From IMG/VR virus record IMGVR_UViG_3300014885_000003, positions 4,737-68,736 of that record: a DNA stretch of 64,000 bases, one strand, 5' to 3'. Under the pieces are notes generated by a model, which saw only the letters and a program-made list of their open reading frames with translations, was not told where the DNA came from and did not search any database. The DNA comes from a virus. Positions within the stretch are counted from its first letter, which is position 1; every line of letters begins with the position of its first letter. Below, one piece after another: positions 18,388 through 26,180 of this stretch. Both the position numbers and the translations under genes were made by a program.

Positions 18388-18648
18388 ATGACGAAGAAGA
18401 CCAGAGAGGCAGCAAATCTCAGCGCGGCCGACGCGCGAGTTACCCGAGTCGTCAAGCTGGGCACTCCTCAAGCTGTCATCATCGAACAGGCCAGCGCTAT
18501 CCTGACGCAACTTGATCGGGTCCGCGCGAACGTGGAAGCGCGACGCAACGAAGCCGAAACGACCTTCTTCATCAACTGGGCTCACGTCGGCGATCTTCGC
18601 CATGTGCGAGATCTGCTCGACGAAATCACGACATTCCTGAGAGCGTGA
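18388..18648 (+). CDS. Small hypothetical protein (INWAHVGDL motif)
   Basis: AGGAGG SD after ribozyme 4. Confidence 0.7.
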   Translation: MTKKTREAANLSAADARVTRVVKLGTPQAVIIEQASAILTQLDRVRANVEARRNEAETTFFINWAHVGDLRHVRDLLDEITTFLRA

Positions 18649-18651
18649 AAA

Positions 18652-18858
18652 ATGACCAGGTTTTCTCGGAGGCATTACCGGCTCCTGTCGAATGGAGGCC
18701 TGGACACGGCAGAACAGATTGCCGATCGGCTTCGCTACAGCGCCGCTGCTGAACGGGCGATTCGAGATCGTGAGGAACTGTTTCCGGTGCTGACGGCCGA
18801 TAATGCGGCCGAAGCGATCGCATGGCAAGAACGTCGAATCAGGGAGCTGACGTCATGA
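18652..18858 (+). CDS. Small hypothetical protein
   Basis: Tightly packed ORF. Confidence 0.55.
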   Translation: MTRFSRRHYRLLSNGGLDTAEQIADRLRYSAAAERAIRDREELFPVLTADNAAEAIAWQERRIRELTS

Positions 18859-19076
18859 AGGCAGGCGACATCCTGATGTACCGCACGACGCGGGTTCGGT
18901 TCGTGGAAATGACGACGGACGGTCTGGCCAGGATCGACCGGAACGGCGAGTCCTGGCAGGTGCTGGCCAGCGAGCTGAAGCCGGTGCCGAAGCGCCGGAA
19001 CGTTCGCGACCAGGTCTACCGTGATCTCGGGATGGTCAAGGTTCGAGGCGCCCTCGGAGGCGTGTATCACGAGTAA
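18855..19076 (+). CDS. Small hypothetical protein
   Basis: ATGA coupling; C-terminal LGMVKVRGALGGVYHE; stop abuts ribozyme 5. Confidence 0.6.
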   Translation: MKAGDILMYRTTRVRFVEMTTDGLARIDRNGESWQVLASELKPVPKRRNVRDQVYRDLGMVKVRGALGGVYHE

Positions 19077-19077
19077 T

Positions 19078-19137
19078 CGCAGAGTGACGGGCGCCCGCGG
19101 CCCGGGAATGCGGCAGGCCGGGTCACAAGCCCCGGCC
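19078..19137 (+). ncRNA. Permuted twister-like ribozyme copy 5 (divergent)
   Basis: GAGUG/UCAC replaces GAGGG/UCCC (compensatory); P4 GGCCGGG/CCCGGCC; G rather than U before the cleavage-site A. Confidence 0.8.
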
Positions 19138-19153
19138 GGAAAGGCGACAAACG

Positions 19154-19474
19154 ATGACGACTCATCGATACTTCGAAGACGCGTTTACGAGTGTGGCGGA
19201 GGTTCTGAACGGCGGGTTCGAGCAGCTCTTCGGAAACTACGGCGACGACTTCGGCACGATGGTCCGACGGACGGTGACCTTCTTCCGCGACAACGGCCGG
19301 GCTGATGTCGCATCGACGTTTCAGGCATCGCTTGGTCTGGTCAACCTCACCGCAGGTCGGACCGGCAAGGTGGATCGTGAGGACTTCGATGCCGACGCGC
19401 TGGACGCGCTCGACACGGTGTTCTACGGTCAGTCGGATTCGGTCAAGCACCTGTTCCCTGAGGAGGCCGCATAA
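19154..19474 (+). CDS. Hypothetical protein
   Basis: SD after ribozyme 5; TAATG coupling downstream. Confidence 0.65.
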   Translation: MTTHRYFEDAFTSVAEVLNGGFEQLFGNYGDDFGTMVRRTVTFFRDNGRADVASTFQASLGLVNLTAGRTGKVDREDFDADALDALDTVFYGQSDSVKHLFPEEAA

Positions 19475-19740
19475 TGGCGAAGGCGAAGAAGACGGTCCAG
19501 GTGGAAGCGATCAGGGAGCGCGTGAACAACCTCTTGACGATCGACAACGAACACGTGACAGCCGACTTCAGGAAGGGCGCCGCGTCGGTCCTGGAAACGG
19601 TCCTACATGCCGCGAACGCGTACCGCGGGTTCCAGTACAACGCCTGGTCGGAAGGCGGGTACACGCGCTGGCAAGCGGACGGTGAGCCGAAGGATAAGAC
19701 ACCGTACCTCGGCGATCAGACCAAGCGGTACTACTACTAG
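19474..19740 (+). CDS. Hypothetical protein
   Basis: LETVLH...YRGFQY...RYYY pattern; TAG overlaps ribozyme 6. Confidence 0.7.
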   Translation: MAKAKKTVQVEAIRERVNNLLTIDNEHVTADFRKGAASVLETVLHAANAYRGFQYNAWSEGGYTRWQADGEPKDKTPYLGDQTKRYYY

Positions 19741-19801
19741 CAGAGGGACGCGATGTCTTCGGGCGTCGCGGTAATGCAGAGGTCCGGTCCCAACTCCGGA
19801 C
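19740..19801 (+). ncRNA. Permuted twister-like ribozyme copy 6
   Basis: P1 CGCGAUGUC-UUCG-GGCGUCGCG, unrelated in sequence to the other P1 stems; core conserved. Confidence 0.85.
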
Positions 19802-19817
19802 AGGAAAGGGTCAAACG

Positions 19818-19901
19818 ATGAATCCGTCCTTGCTGAATCGTCCGTTCGGATGGGCGCTGATGATCGCGGCGTCGCAGTGCATCGCGTGGGTGTTCGCATG
19901 A
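19818..19901 (+). CDS. 27-aa hydrophobic peptide (not in ORF track)
   Basis: Same GGAAAGGGTCAAACGATG initiation region as the gene after ribozyme 3. Confidence 0.5.
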   Translation: MNPSLLNRPFGWALMIAASQCIAWVFA

Positions 19902-19923
19902 CCAGACAGGAGAAAGGCTAAAA

Positions 19924-20145
19924 ATGCTCTGGAAAGTCCGGCTCACCGCCCGCTGGATCAGCGCCAGCCGCGGCCATAATCAGCGCGGTGTCGTTCGCGT
20001 CCTGGCCGTCGTCGCGGATGATCCCGCGCTCGCCCAGAACATGGCGATCACTCGCGTCGCGACTCCGACGAAGCATGGCGCGTACACCAACGTCAGCGTC
20101 GTCAGGATCGACGCGGTTCAGGATGGCATCATCAGCGTTCGATAG
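19924..20145 (+). CDS. Small hypothetical protein
   Basis: AGGAG SD. Confidence 0.6.
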   Translation: MLWKVRLTARWISASRGHNQRGVVRVLAVVADDPALAQNMAITRVATPTKHGAYTNVSVVRIDAVQDGIISVR

Positions 20146-20163
20146 GAAAAGGGGGAAGGACCG

Positions 20164-20415
20164 ATGAGACTCTACGTCGTCACCATCCGTATTCACGTGA
20201 CCGCGAAGATGGATCGAGTCATCAAGTACATCGTCATGGCGAACGGCGCGCCAGCTGCCACGAAGAAAATTGCCGCGGTCTATCCTGACGCGACGATCGA
20301 TGTTCAGCAGTGGAACGCCGACGCTATGCTGTTCGCGCAGTACAACGAAGGCGTCAAGCCGAACCGTTTCACCAGGGCCGAGGTCGCATCGATCTCAAAA
20401 GGCCTGAACTCCTAG
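20164..20415 (+). CDS. Small hypothetical protein
   Basis: Purine-rich SD; TAG overlaps ribozyme 7. Confidence 0.65.
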   Translation: MRLYVVTIRIHVTAKMDRVIKYIVMANGAPAATKKIAAVYPDATIDVQQWNADAMLFAQYNEGVKPNRFTRAEVASISKGLNS

Positions 20416-20474
20416 CAGAGGGACAGGAAGGCAACGCCTTCCTGGTAATGCGCAGTCCGGTCCCAAGCCCGGAC
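20415..20474 (+). ncRNA. Permuted twister-like ribozyme copy 7
   Basis: Near-identical to copy 2. Confidence 0.85.
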
Positions 20475-20487
20475 GGAAAGGTCAATC

Positions 20488-20943
20488 ATGTCGGACTACT
20501 CTACGATCGACACGAAGTACGGAATGATTCGGATCAGTATCACGGACGGCGATCACATCTTCATCAGCGCCGCGGACGCTGTGACGTTCTGGGGCGTTCG
20601 CTATAGCCTCAGTGTTCACCTTGTCCGATACGAGGACGGCTGGGCGATCCAGCGTGATGGCCACGGACGGACGCGGTGGGACTGCCTGAGCGGCACGCGG
20701 CAGCGCTGGACGAATTACAATCAGGCGGGGCTGTCGGCCGGTGCCAGGAAGCGCGTGGCCGAGGAGATCGTTCCTGTCGTCGCGAAGTGGGCGAGCGAGA
20801 ACTCGGATCTGATCGACGTCGCCCAGCACAAGCACATCGAAGCGGAAATCGCTCGGCGGGAGGAGAAGATCGCGGAGCATCAGAACGCAATCACCGAGCT
20901 GGTAACGGAAATCATCGCGCTGAGAGAAGGGGTGGCAAGGTGA
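20488..20943 (+). CDS. Hypothetical protein with C-terminal coiled coil
   Basis: GAAAGG SD after ribozyme 7. Confidence 0.65.
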   Translation: MSDYSTIDTKYGMIRISITDGDHIFISAADAVTFWGVRYSLSVHLVRYEDGWAIQRDGHGRTRWDCLSGTRQRWTNYNQAGLSAGARKRVAEEIVPVVAKWASENSDLIDVAQHKHIEAEIARREEKIAEHQNAITELVTEIIALREGVAR

Positions 20944-21784
20944 CGCCGGGAGTCGAGCGCGCTCTCCGACTTCAGCACGAACGTGTCAAGGCTGAACGCG
21001 TGGTACTTCAGACGAAGATCAAACGGCTCGAAAGGAGGGACCGTGATCATTGACAACGGATTCGAGCCAGGGCAGACCGTCGAGGTTCTGCCTCCTGGTG
21101 GCCGGAAGTTCCGAGGCGTCATCGAACAAATCGACGAAGACAACTTCGGTCCGCTGATCTATGTCATCCACTTCGTCGGAGGCCGGGAGCTGACGACGTC
21201 GTACAGGGCGGCTGATGTCCGGGCCCTCCCCCGCGACTTCTGTATGCTCTGCGGCGAACGCATGGAAGGTCAACGAAACTCCTCCTGCCGTAGCTCGCAC
21301 GGTGCCGCATGACCACCACGTGCACTCACCGGAAAATCGTGAGGGAGTCGGGTGTGTTCGCACGATGCGCGGGATGTCAGACGCCGATGCTCCTCCGTGA
21401 GATCGACGGCATCGAAGTGTATGACGTGATCCCACGCGCCGAGTCGTGGGGTCAGGGGCTCAGCACGGGCATTCGCGACTGCCTCCGCGGTATCGATCTG
21501 CGACGGAGCCCGGAAGCGTCCTGGTCATCGAAGTTCGTCGACGGCTACTCCTCCGGGTGGCACCTCGCTGAGACGGAGGCGAAGTGAAAATGGAATACGA
21601 AGATCACGAGGCCAGAGAACGCGCCGGACTGGTCGCGTGTGACGATGCCGCATGTACCGCGGTGGTCAATCCCGTGACGATCGAAGAGCTTCAAGTAGCG
21701 CTTGCCCACTGGCGAGGTCATCGTTACTTGTACGGGTGTTCTCATGGCGGTCGGTGATATAAAAAGGTGACACGGGAGGGAACG

Positions 21785-22333
21785 ATGGCCGATGACGTTC
21801 TGATCAAGTGGAAGCAGCAACAGCAGGCGACAACGCCAGGCGGGTTCACGGCGACCCTTTTGGTCGGGAAGGTTGGCGGACGTCCTGCCTATCACGTCAC
21901 CCACGGGCCGAACAAGGCCGGGCACTCGCACCTCCGCTACACCGATAGCAAGGACAAGGCCTCCGCGGCGTTTGAGCTGTATTCGAAGGACGACGGCCTG
22001 CCGTCGGCCTGGCAGAAGCAGCTTGGTCTGATCCAGGACGTTACGCCGATCCAGGCCGACGAACCCGAAGCTGCTGTTGATCCTGAGGCGCCGATAGTAG
22101 CGAAGACCAGGAAGGGCCGTCGGAAGTTCGAGATGCCTACCAGGGCCGACCTGGAGAAGAAGGTCAAGGCTATCCGAACCGACAAGGGCCCTATGCGCGC
22201 AATCGTCAAGATCCTCCGACAGACCGGAGCTGTCACCGTTCGTGTCGAACTGGAGTGTGGTCACGAGGTCTCCGCGTTCGCCAAAGGCAAGCAGGCCCGA
22301 TGCAGGAAGTGTCTCAAGGCGGGCGCGGTATGA
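21785..22333 (+). CDS. Hypothetical protein with C-terminal Zn ribbon
   Basis: GGGAGG SD; LECGH...RCRKC. Confidence 0.6.
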   Translation: MADDVLIKWKQQQQATTPGGFTATLLVGKVGGRPAYHVTHGPNKAGHSHLRYTDSKDKASAAFELYSKDDGLPSAWQKQLGLIQDVTPIQADEPEAAVDPEAPIVAKTRKGRRKFEMPTRADLEKKVKAIRTDKGPMRAIVKILRQTGAVTVRVELECGHEVSAFAKGKQARCRKCLKAGAV

Positions 22334-22444
22334 TCTGCCCTCGCTGTGGTCGACCGATGGTCGGATGGCTGGTGGTACGGCCGGACCGTTGTAGTCCGAA
22401 GTACTGGGTCAACTGTATTCGCAACCCGAAGTGAAAGGGACACC

Positions 22445-24049
22445 ATGAAGCTGATCGACTCACTCAAGGCGATCCGTCGCACGTCAACTCCCCTGGTCGG
22501 TATCGAGTCGCCCGATCCCGGAGCGACGATCCAGGTCATTCGCGCAGCGTTCGAGGAAGGCACGACACCGCTACCGCTCTTCCGGTGGGACATCAGCAAC
22601 GGCCTGTCGCCGATGAACAAGTCCGGTCTGGAGATCATGCGGAAGCTGTTGAGCGGCACGGAGCCGAACGAGTGGCCCGGTATGACGTCGAACCCGGGAC
22701 AGTGCCTGGTGCTTCTTCAGAACCTTCCCGGTGAGGACAACGAAGGCGACAAGGTGACTTGCCGGGCTCCCATGGTGTTCTTCCTCAATCCGCAACTGTT
22801 CGTCAGCGGCGACAAGCCGGACGAGCCGACGATCCAAGGCATCTGGAACCTGCGCGACCTGTTCAAGCAGGACCGCCGGACGCTGATCATGCTCGGGACG
22901 TCTCTCCGGATGCCTCCGGAGTTGTCGCAGGACGTGATCATTCTGAAAGAACCGCTGCCGGCAGACGATCAGCTCGGTGAGATCATCGCGGCTCAGATGG
23001 AGGGCTTCGGCCTGAAGCTGACCGATAACGTCAAGGCGCAGGCGATCGACGCAACCCGAGGTCTGTCCGCCTTCGTGGCAGAGCAGGCGACGGCCATGTC
23101 GATCGGCGACGAAGGGATCATCCTCGGCGACCTCTGGGAACGCAAGCGGACCGCGATCGAGCAGACCCGCGGTCTATCGGTCGATCGTGGGTCGGAAGAC
23201 TTCGCCTCGATCGGTGGTCAGAGTCAGATTAAGAAGTTCGGGACGCTGCTCCTGAAGTCGCCTCGGCGCCCTCGGTTGTTCGTCCGGATCGATGAGCTGG
23301 AGAAGATGCTCGGCGGAGCCGGCACCCGAGGAGCAGGCGACAATACGGGCGTGTCGCAGGATAGGCTCGGAACGATCCTTCGGGAGATGGAAGACAACGA
23401 TTGGACCGGGCTCCTGGCCGTCGGCCCTGCCGGTTCCGGAAAGTCGCTCCTCAGCAAGGCCCTCGGCAACTCCTCCGATCCGCAGGTCATGAGTATCGCG
23501 ATGGACCTTGGCGCCATGAGTTCCGGTCGGGTCGGCGCGTCTGAGACCTTGATTCGTGATGCGATGCGGACGATCAAGGGCGTTGCCGGTCCTGGAGGCG
23601 CGTTCTTTATCGCGACTGTCAACAAGCTGGACGTCCTACCGCCGGAGCTGCGACGCAGGTTCCGAATGGGCATCTGGTTCTTCGATCTTCCTGACGCTGA
23701 TGAGCTTGCGAGTATCTGGGAGATTAACCTGGCCAAGTACAGCTTGGCGAAGTCGACCCGCGGAAAGGACATGATCGACGATACGAACCTGACCGGCGCC
23801 GACATCCGGAACCTGTGCGACATTGCGTCGCGCCTCGGGTGTTCGCTGAAGGAGGCGTTCCAGTACATCACACCCATCGCGGTGTCCGATCCTGACTCGA
23901 TCGATAACCTTCGTCGGACCGCTGACGGTCGGTTCCTGTCGGCGTCGAAGCCAGGCCCGTACCGGATGGGTGATCCGCTGGTGAAGGTCACGACGAACAT
24001 CTCAGCGACGGCAGCTCCACGCCGAGCGCGATTCGGAGAGGAGCGATGA
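22445..24049 (+). CDS. Ycf46-like AAA+ ATPase with rearranged ATPase core
   Basis: Degenerate N-terminal AAA domain (WDISNGL, PPEL, PLP), IGG motif, RIDELEK, GPAGSGKS, ATVNKLDVLPPELRRRF, FFDLP, TGADI. Confidence 0.85.
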   Translation: MKLIDSLKAIRRTSTPLVGIESPDPGATIQVIRAAFEEGTTPLPLFRWDISNGLSPMNKSGLEIMRKLLSGTEPNEWPGMTSNPGQCLVLLQNLPGEDNEGDKVTCRAPMVFFLNPQLFVSGDKPDEPTIQGIWNLRDLFKQDRRTLIMLGTSLRMPPELSQDVIILKEPLPADDQLGEIIAAQMEGFGLKLTDNVKAQAIDATRGLSAFVAEQATAMSIGDEGIILGDLWERKRTAIEQTRGLSVDRGSEDFASIGGQSQIKKFGTLLLKSPRRPRLFVRIDELEKMLGGAGTRGAGDNTGVSQDRLGTILREMEDNDWTGLLAVGPAGSGKSLLSKALGNSSDPQVMSIAMDLGAMSSGRVGASETLIRDAMRTIKGVAGPGGAFFIATVNKLDVLPPELRRRFRMGIWFFDLPDADELASIWEINLAKYSLAKSTRGKDMIDDTNLTGADIRNLCDIASRLGCSLKEAFQYITPIAVSDPDSIDNLRRTADGRFLSASKPGPYRMGDPLVKVTTNISATAAPRRARFGEER

Positions 24050-24154
24050 ACCGACGACTCTGGATCGTCGCGCGGCTTTGCTGTGTAGCAGTGGGGTTTT
24101 TCGTAGCTGGGTTTTCGTTCTGTCGCATCCTACACTGATGAAGGAGAATCAGGA

Positions 24155-24478
24155 ATGCCTTGCTGGACGGTCGTCACTAACACGGTCGATCTGGAGAAGG
24201 TAAAGGATCTGGCCCTGCTCGGCCAGGTCCTTGCCAAGCACTTCAACGCGCAGGCAATAGGGTCGTTCCGAGACCGATGGCGCTTCCTGGACTCCGGCCA
24301 GTGGATCGAGGTCAAGGACGGCAAGGTGACGTCGCAGATGGACGCGAACAGCCTGGCTGCCGTCGTGAAGAAGATCAACGTCGCGTACTCAGGTGCTGTC
24401 GTGAAGGCTGCTGCGCAGCGATTCGGATGGCGGACAACTCAGAAGGATGCGACACACTTCGTCGTAGCGAAAGGATGA
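24155..24478 (+). CDS. DUF1257/Ycf35-like protein
   Basis: KDLALL...INVAYS.AVVKAAAQRFGW; typical neighbour of Ycf46. Confidence 0.55.
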   Translation: MPCWTVVTNTVDLEKVKDLALLGQVLAKHFNAQAIGSFRDRWRFLDSGQWIEVKDGKVTSQMDANSLAAVVKKINVAYSGAVVKAAAQRFGWRTTQKDATHFVVAKG

Positions 24479-24900
24479 TCATGAGGGAACACAAGTTCGT
24501 CTGTGAACGGTGCGGGGAAACGAAGACGTGTCGGATCATCGGCTGCCAGGGCGACTGCGCGACGATCTGCGGCCTCTGCGCGCGAGCGCCGAAGAAGCGC
24601 GCCGCACTGGGTCTGATCCTGATCCCGTTGCTGGGTCTCCTGGCCGGGTGTTCGTCGCAGTGGGAGCTGCGAATCGTCGAACGCGTGCGGATGTCGGGTG
24701 TGACGGTTTCAATGAGTGCTGGTCGGGTGTTGACGCGGCGCTTGAATCTGGCGCAGTGTGAGGCGATCAAGGGGGAGATGATCGTCAGGTTCGGACCGAA
24801 GACGATCACAGCAGATCCTTTGCTAGTGGCGAACAAGGTCTTTGAACATACGTTCGAGTGTCTGAAGTTCGGAACGCTACCTGGATCGGAGCCGGTCTGA
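24475..24900 (+). CDS. Cys-rich protein with TM/lipobox-like segment
   Basis: CERC, CGLC, then LILIPLLGLLAGC. Confidence 0.45.
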   Translation: MIMREHKFVCERCGETKTCRIIGCQGDCATICGLCARAPKKRAALGLILIPLLGLLAGCSSQWELRIVERVRMSGVTVSMSAGRVLTRRLNLAQCEAIKGEMIVRFGPKTITADPLLVANKVFEHTFECLKFGTLPGSEPV

Positions 24901-25106
24901 TGGACAAGCTGGAAATCGAAATCCTGGAAGACGGTACGATCAAGACATCGACCGGAGCAGTCGGATCGGTGAACCACCAGAACGCGGAGGCGTTCATGGC
25001 CTTCCTCGCGAAGATGACGGGAGGCGCATCGAAGCGTACGGCCCGAGGTGCTCACGCGCATCTGCTTCACGACCACTCGCACGAACAGGATCACGATCAC
25101 AACTAG
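24900..25106 (+). CDS. DUF2997-like protein with His-rich tail
   Basis: LEIEILEDGTIK.STG...FLAKMTGG; HAHLLHDHSHEQDHDH. Confidence 0.55.
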   Translation: MDKLEIEILEDGTIKTSTGAVGSVNHQNAEAFMAFLAKMTGGASKRTARGAHAHLLHDHSHEQDHDHN

Positions 25107-25215
25107 GCCTTGACTACTACCGCCTCTCCAGGCATGATGATTGTCCTGGGTTGTGCGGAGCGCTTCTCCCATGATGAAGCGCTCCGCACGTGCGGCGCGA
25201 AAGGAGCAACTGACA

Positions 25216-26124
25216 ATGACGGACGCACCCAACACCACTGCCAGCGATATCCTCTCCAAGTCGGTCTGCCTGTCCCTGTCGACGTCCCGATTCTCGGTTC
25301 GACGTCGAATGGGCAAGGAGCACATCGAAACCAAGGCCGACAAGGCCATGATCCACGTCGGCAAGGACATCCTCGACTCCTCGGAGCTGCGAGCGATCCT
25401 GTACTGTGACAACGACACTCGGTTCTACCTGGATCGCGTCTGTCTGCCGGCGCCGATGTTCAAGTCCGGTGTGTACCTCCTGCCGATCGAACTCATGGAA
25501 GAGACGTTCAAGCGACTGGACGAGTTCCAGGCGCGCCGTGTCGAGCTGATCGCGAAGTTCCGGGAGGCGTATCCGACTCGGAAGACCCAGGCCAGGAAGC
25601 GCCTGGGTCCGGCGTTCGATCCGACGGACTACCCTCCGATCGAGGAACTCGAAAAGGCCTTCTCGTTCGAGTACAACATCTTCACCTTCGACACGCCGAA
25701 GACCGGCATCTCGAAAGCGCTGTTCAACAAGCAGCGCGAGAAGCTGGAACGTGTCTGGTCTGAGGCCGCGGGAGAGATCAGGGATTCGCTACGTGTCGCC
25801 ATGGGCGAGGTCGTCGCGGAGATGACGGAACGCATGACCGGTCAGGCGGACGGCAAGAAGCGCCGGTTCAAGGACGCATACATCGCGAACGTCACCACGT
25901 TCCTGGATACGGTCCAGGCGCGCAATCTGACCAACGACACGGACCTGACCGCGCTGGTGGAGAAGGCTCGGAAGATCATGAAGGGCATCAGCGCAGACGA
26001 CATCCGGGATGACGACAAGCTGCGCGCTGACATCGGCACGAAGTTCGGCGAGATCAAGGACTCGCTCGGGAAGATGATGGAGGTTCGGCCCGCTCGGAAA
26101 GTCACGCTCAAGGACGAGATCTAG
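25216..26124 (+). CDS. DUF3150-like protein
   Basis: AAGGAG SD; KDILD..EL.AI, CLP..GVYLLP, DYPPIEEL..AFSF. Confidence 0.6.
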   Translation: MTDAPNTTASDILSKSVCLSLSTSRFSVRRRMGKEHIETKADKAMIHVGKDILDSSELRAILYCDNDTRFYLDRVCLPAPMFKSGVYLLPIELMEETFKRLDEFQARRVELIAKFREAYPTRKTQARKRLGPAFDPTDYPPIEELEKAFSFEYNIFTFDTPKTGISKALFNKQREKLERVWSEAAGEIRDSLRVAMGEVVAEMTERMTGQADGKKRRFKDAYIANVTTFLDTVQARNLTNDTDLTALVEKARKIMKGISADDIRDDDKLRADIGTKFGEIKDSLGKMMEVRPARKVTLKDEI

Positions 26125-26180
26125 ACGTCTCCAGCGCCCGGGGAGAACATCCTCCCCGGGCAAAACCCCCGAGGTGACAG

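Noticed and set aside
16554-20474. CRISPR array or simple terminator/promoter repeats
   Set aside because: Spacing is 500-770 nt and contains ORFs; no U tracts; the covariation pattern fits a double-pseudoknot RNA
24375-25418. Long minus-strand ORFs (also 23224-24000, 57477-58265, 33437-34219 and others)
   Set aside because: Antisense shadows of well-supported + strand genes in a high-GC genome; no motifs or SD
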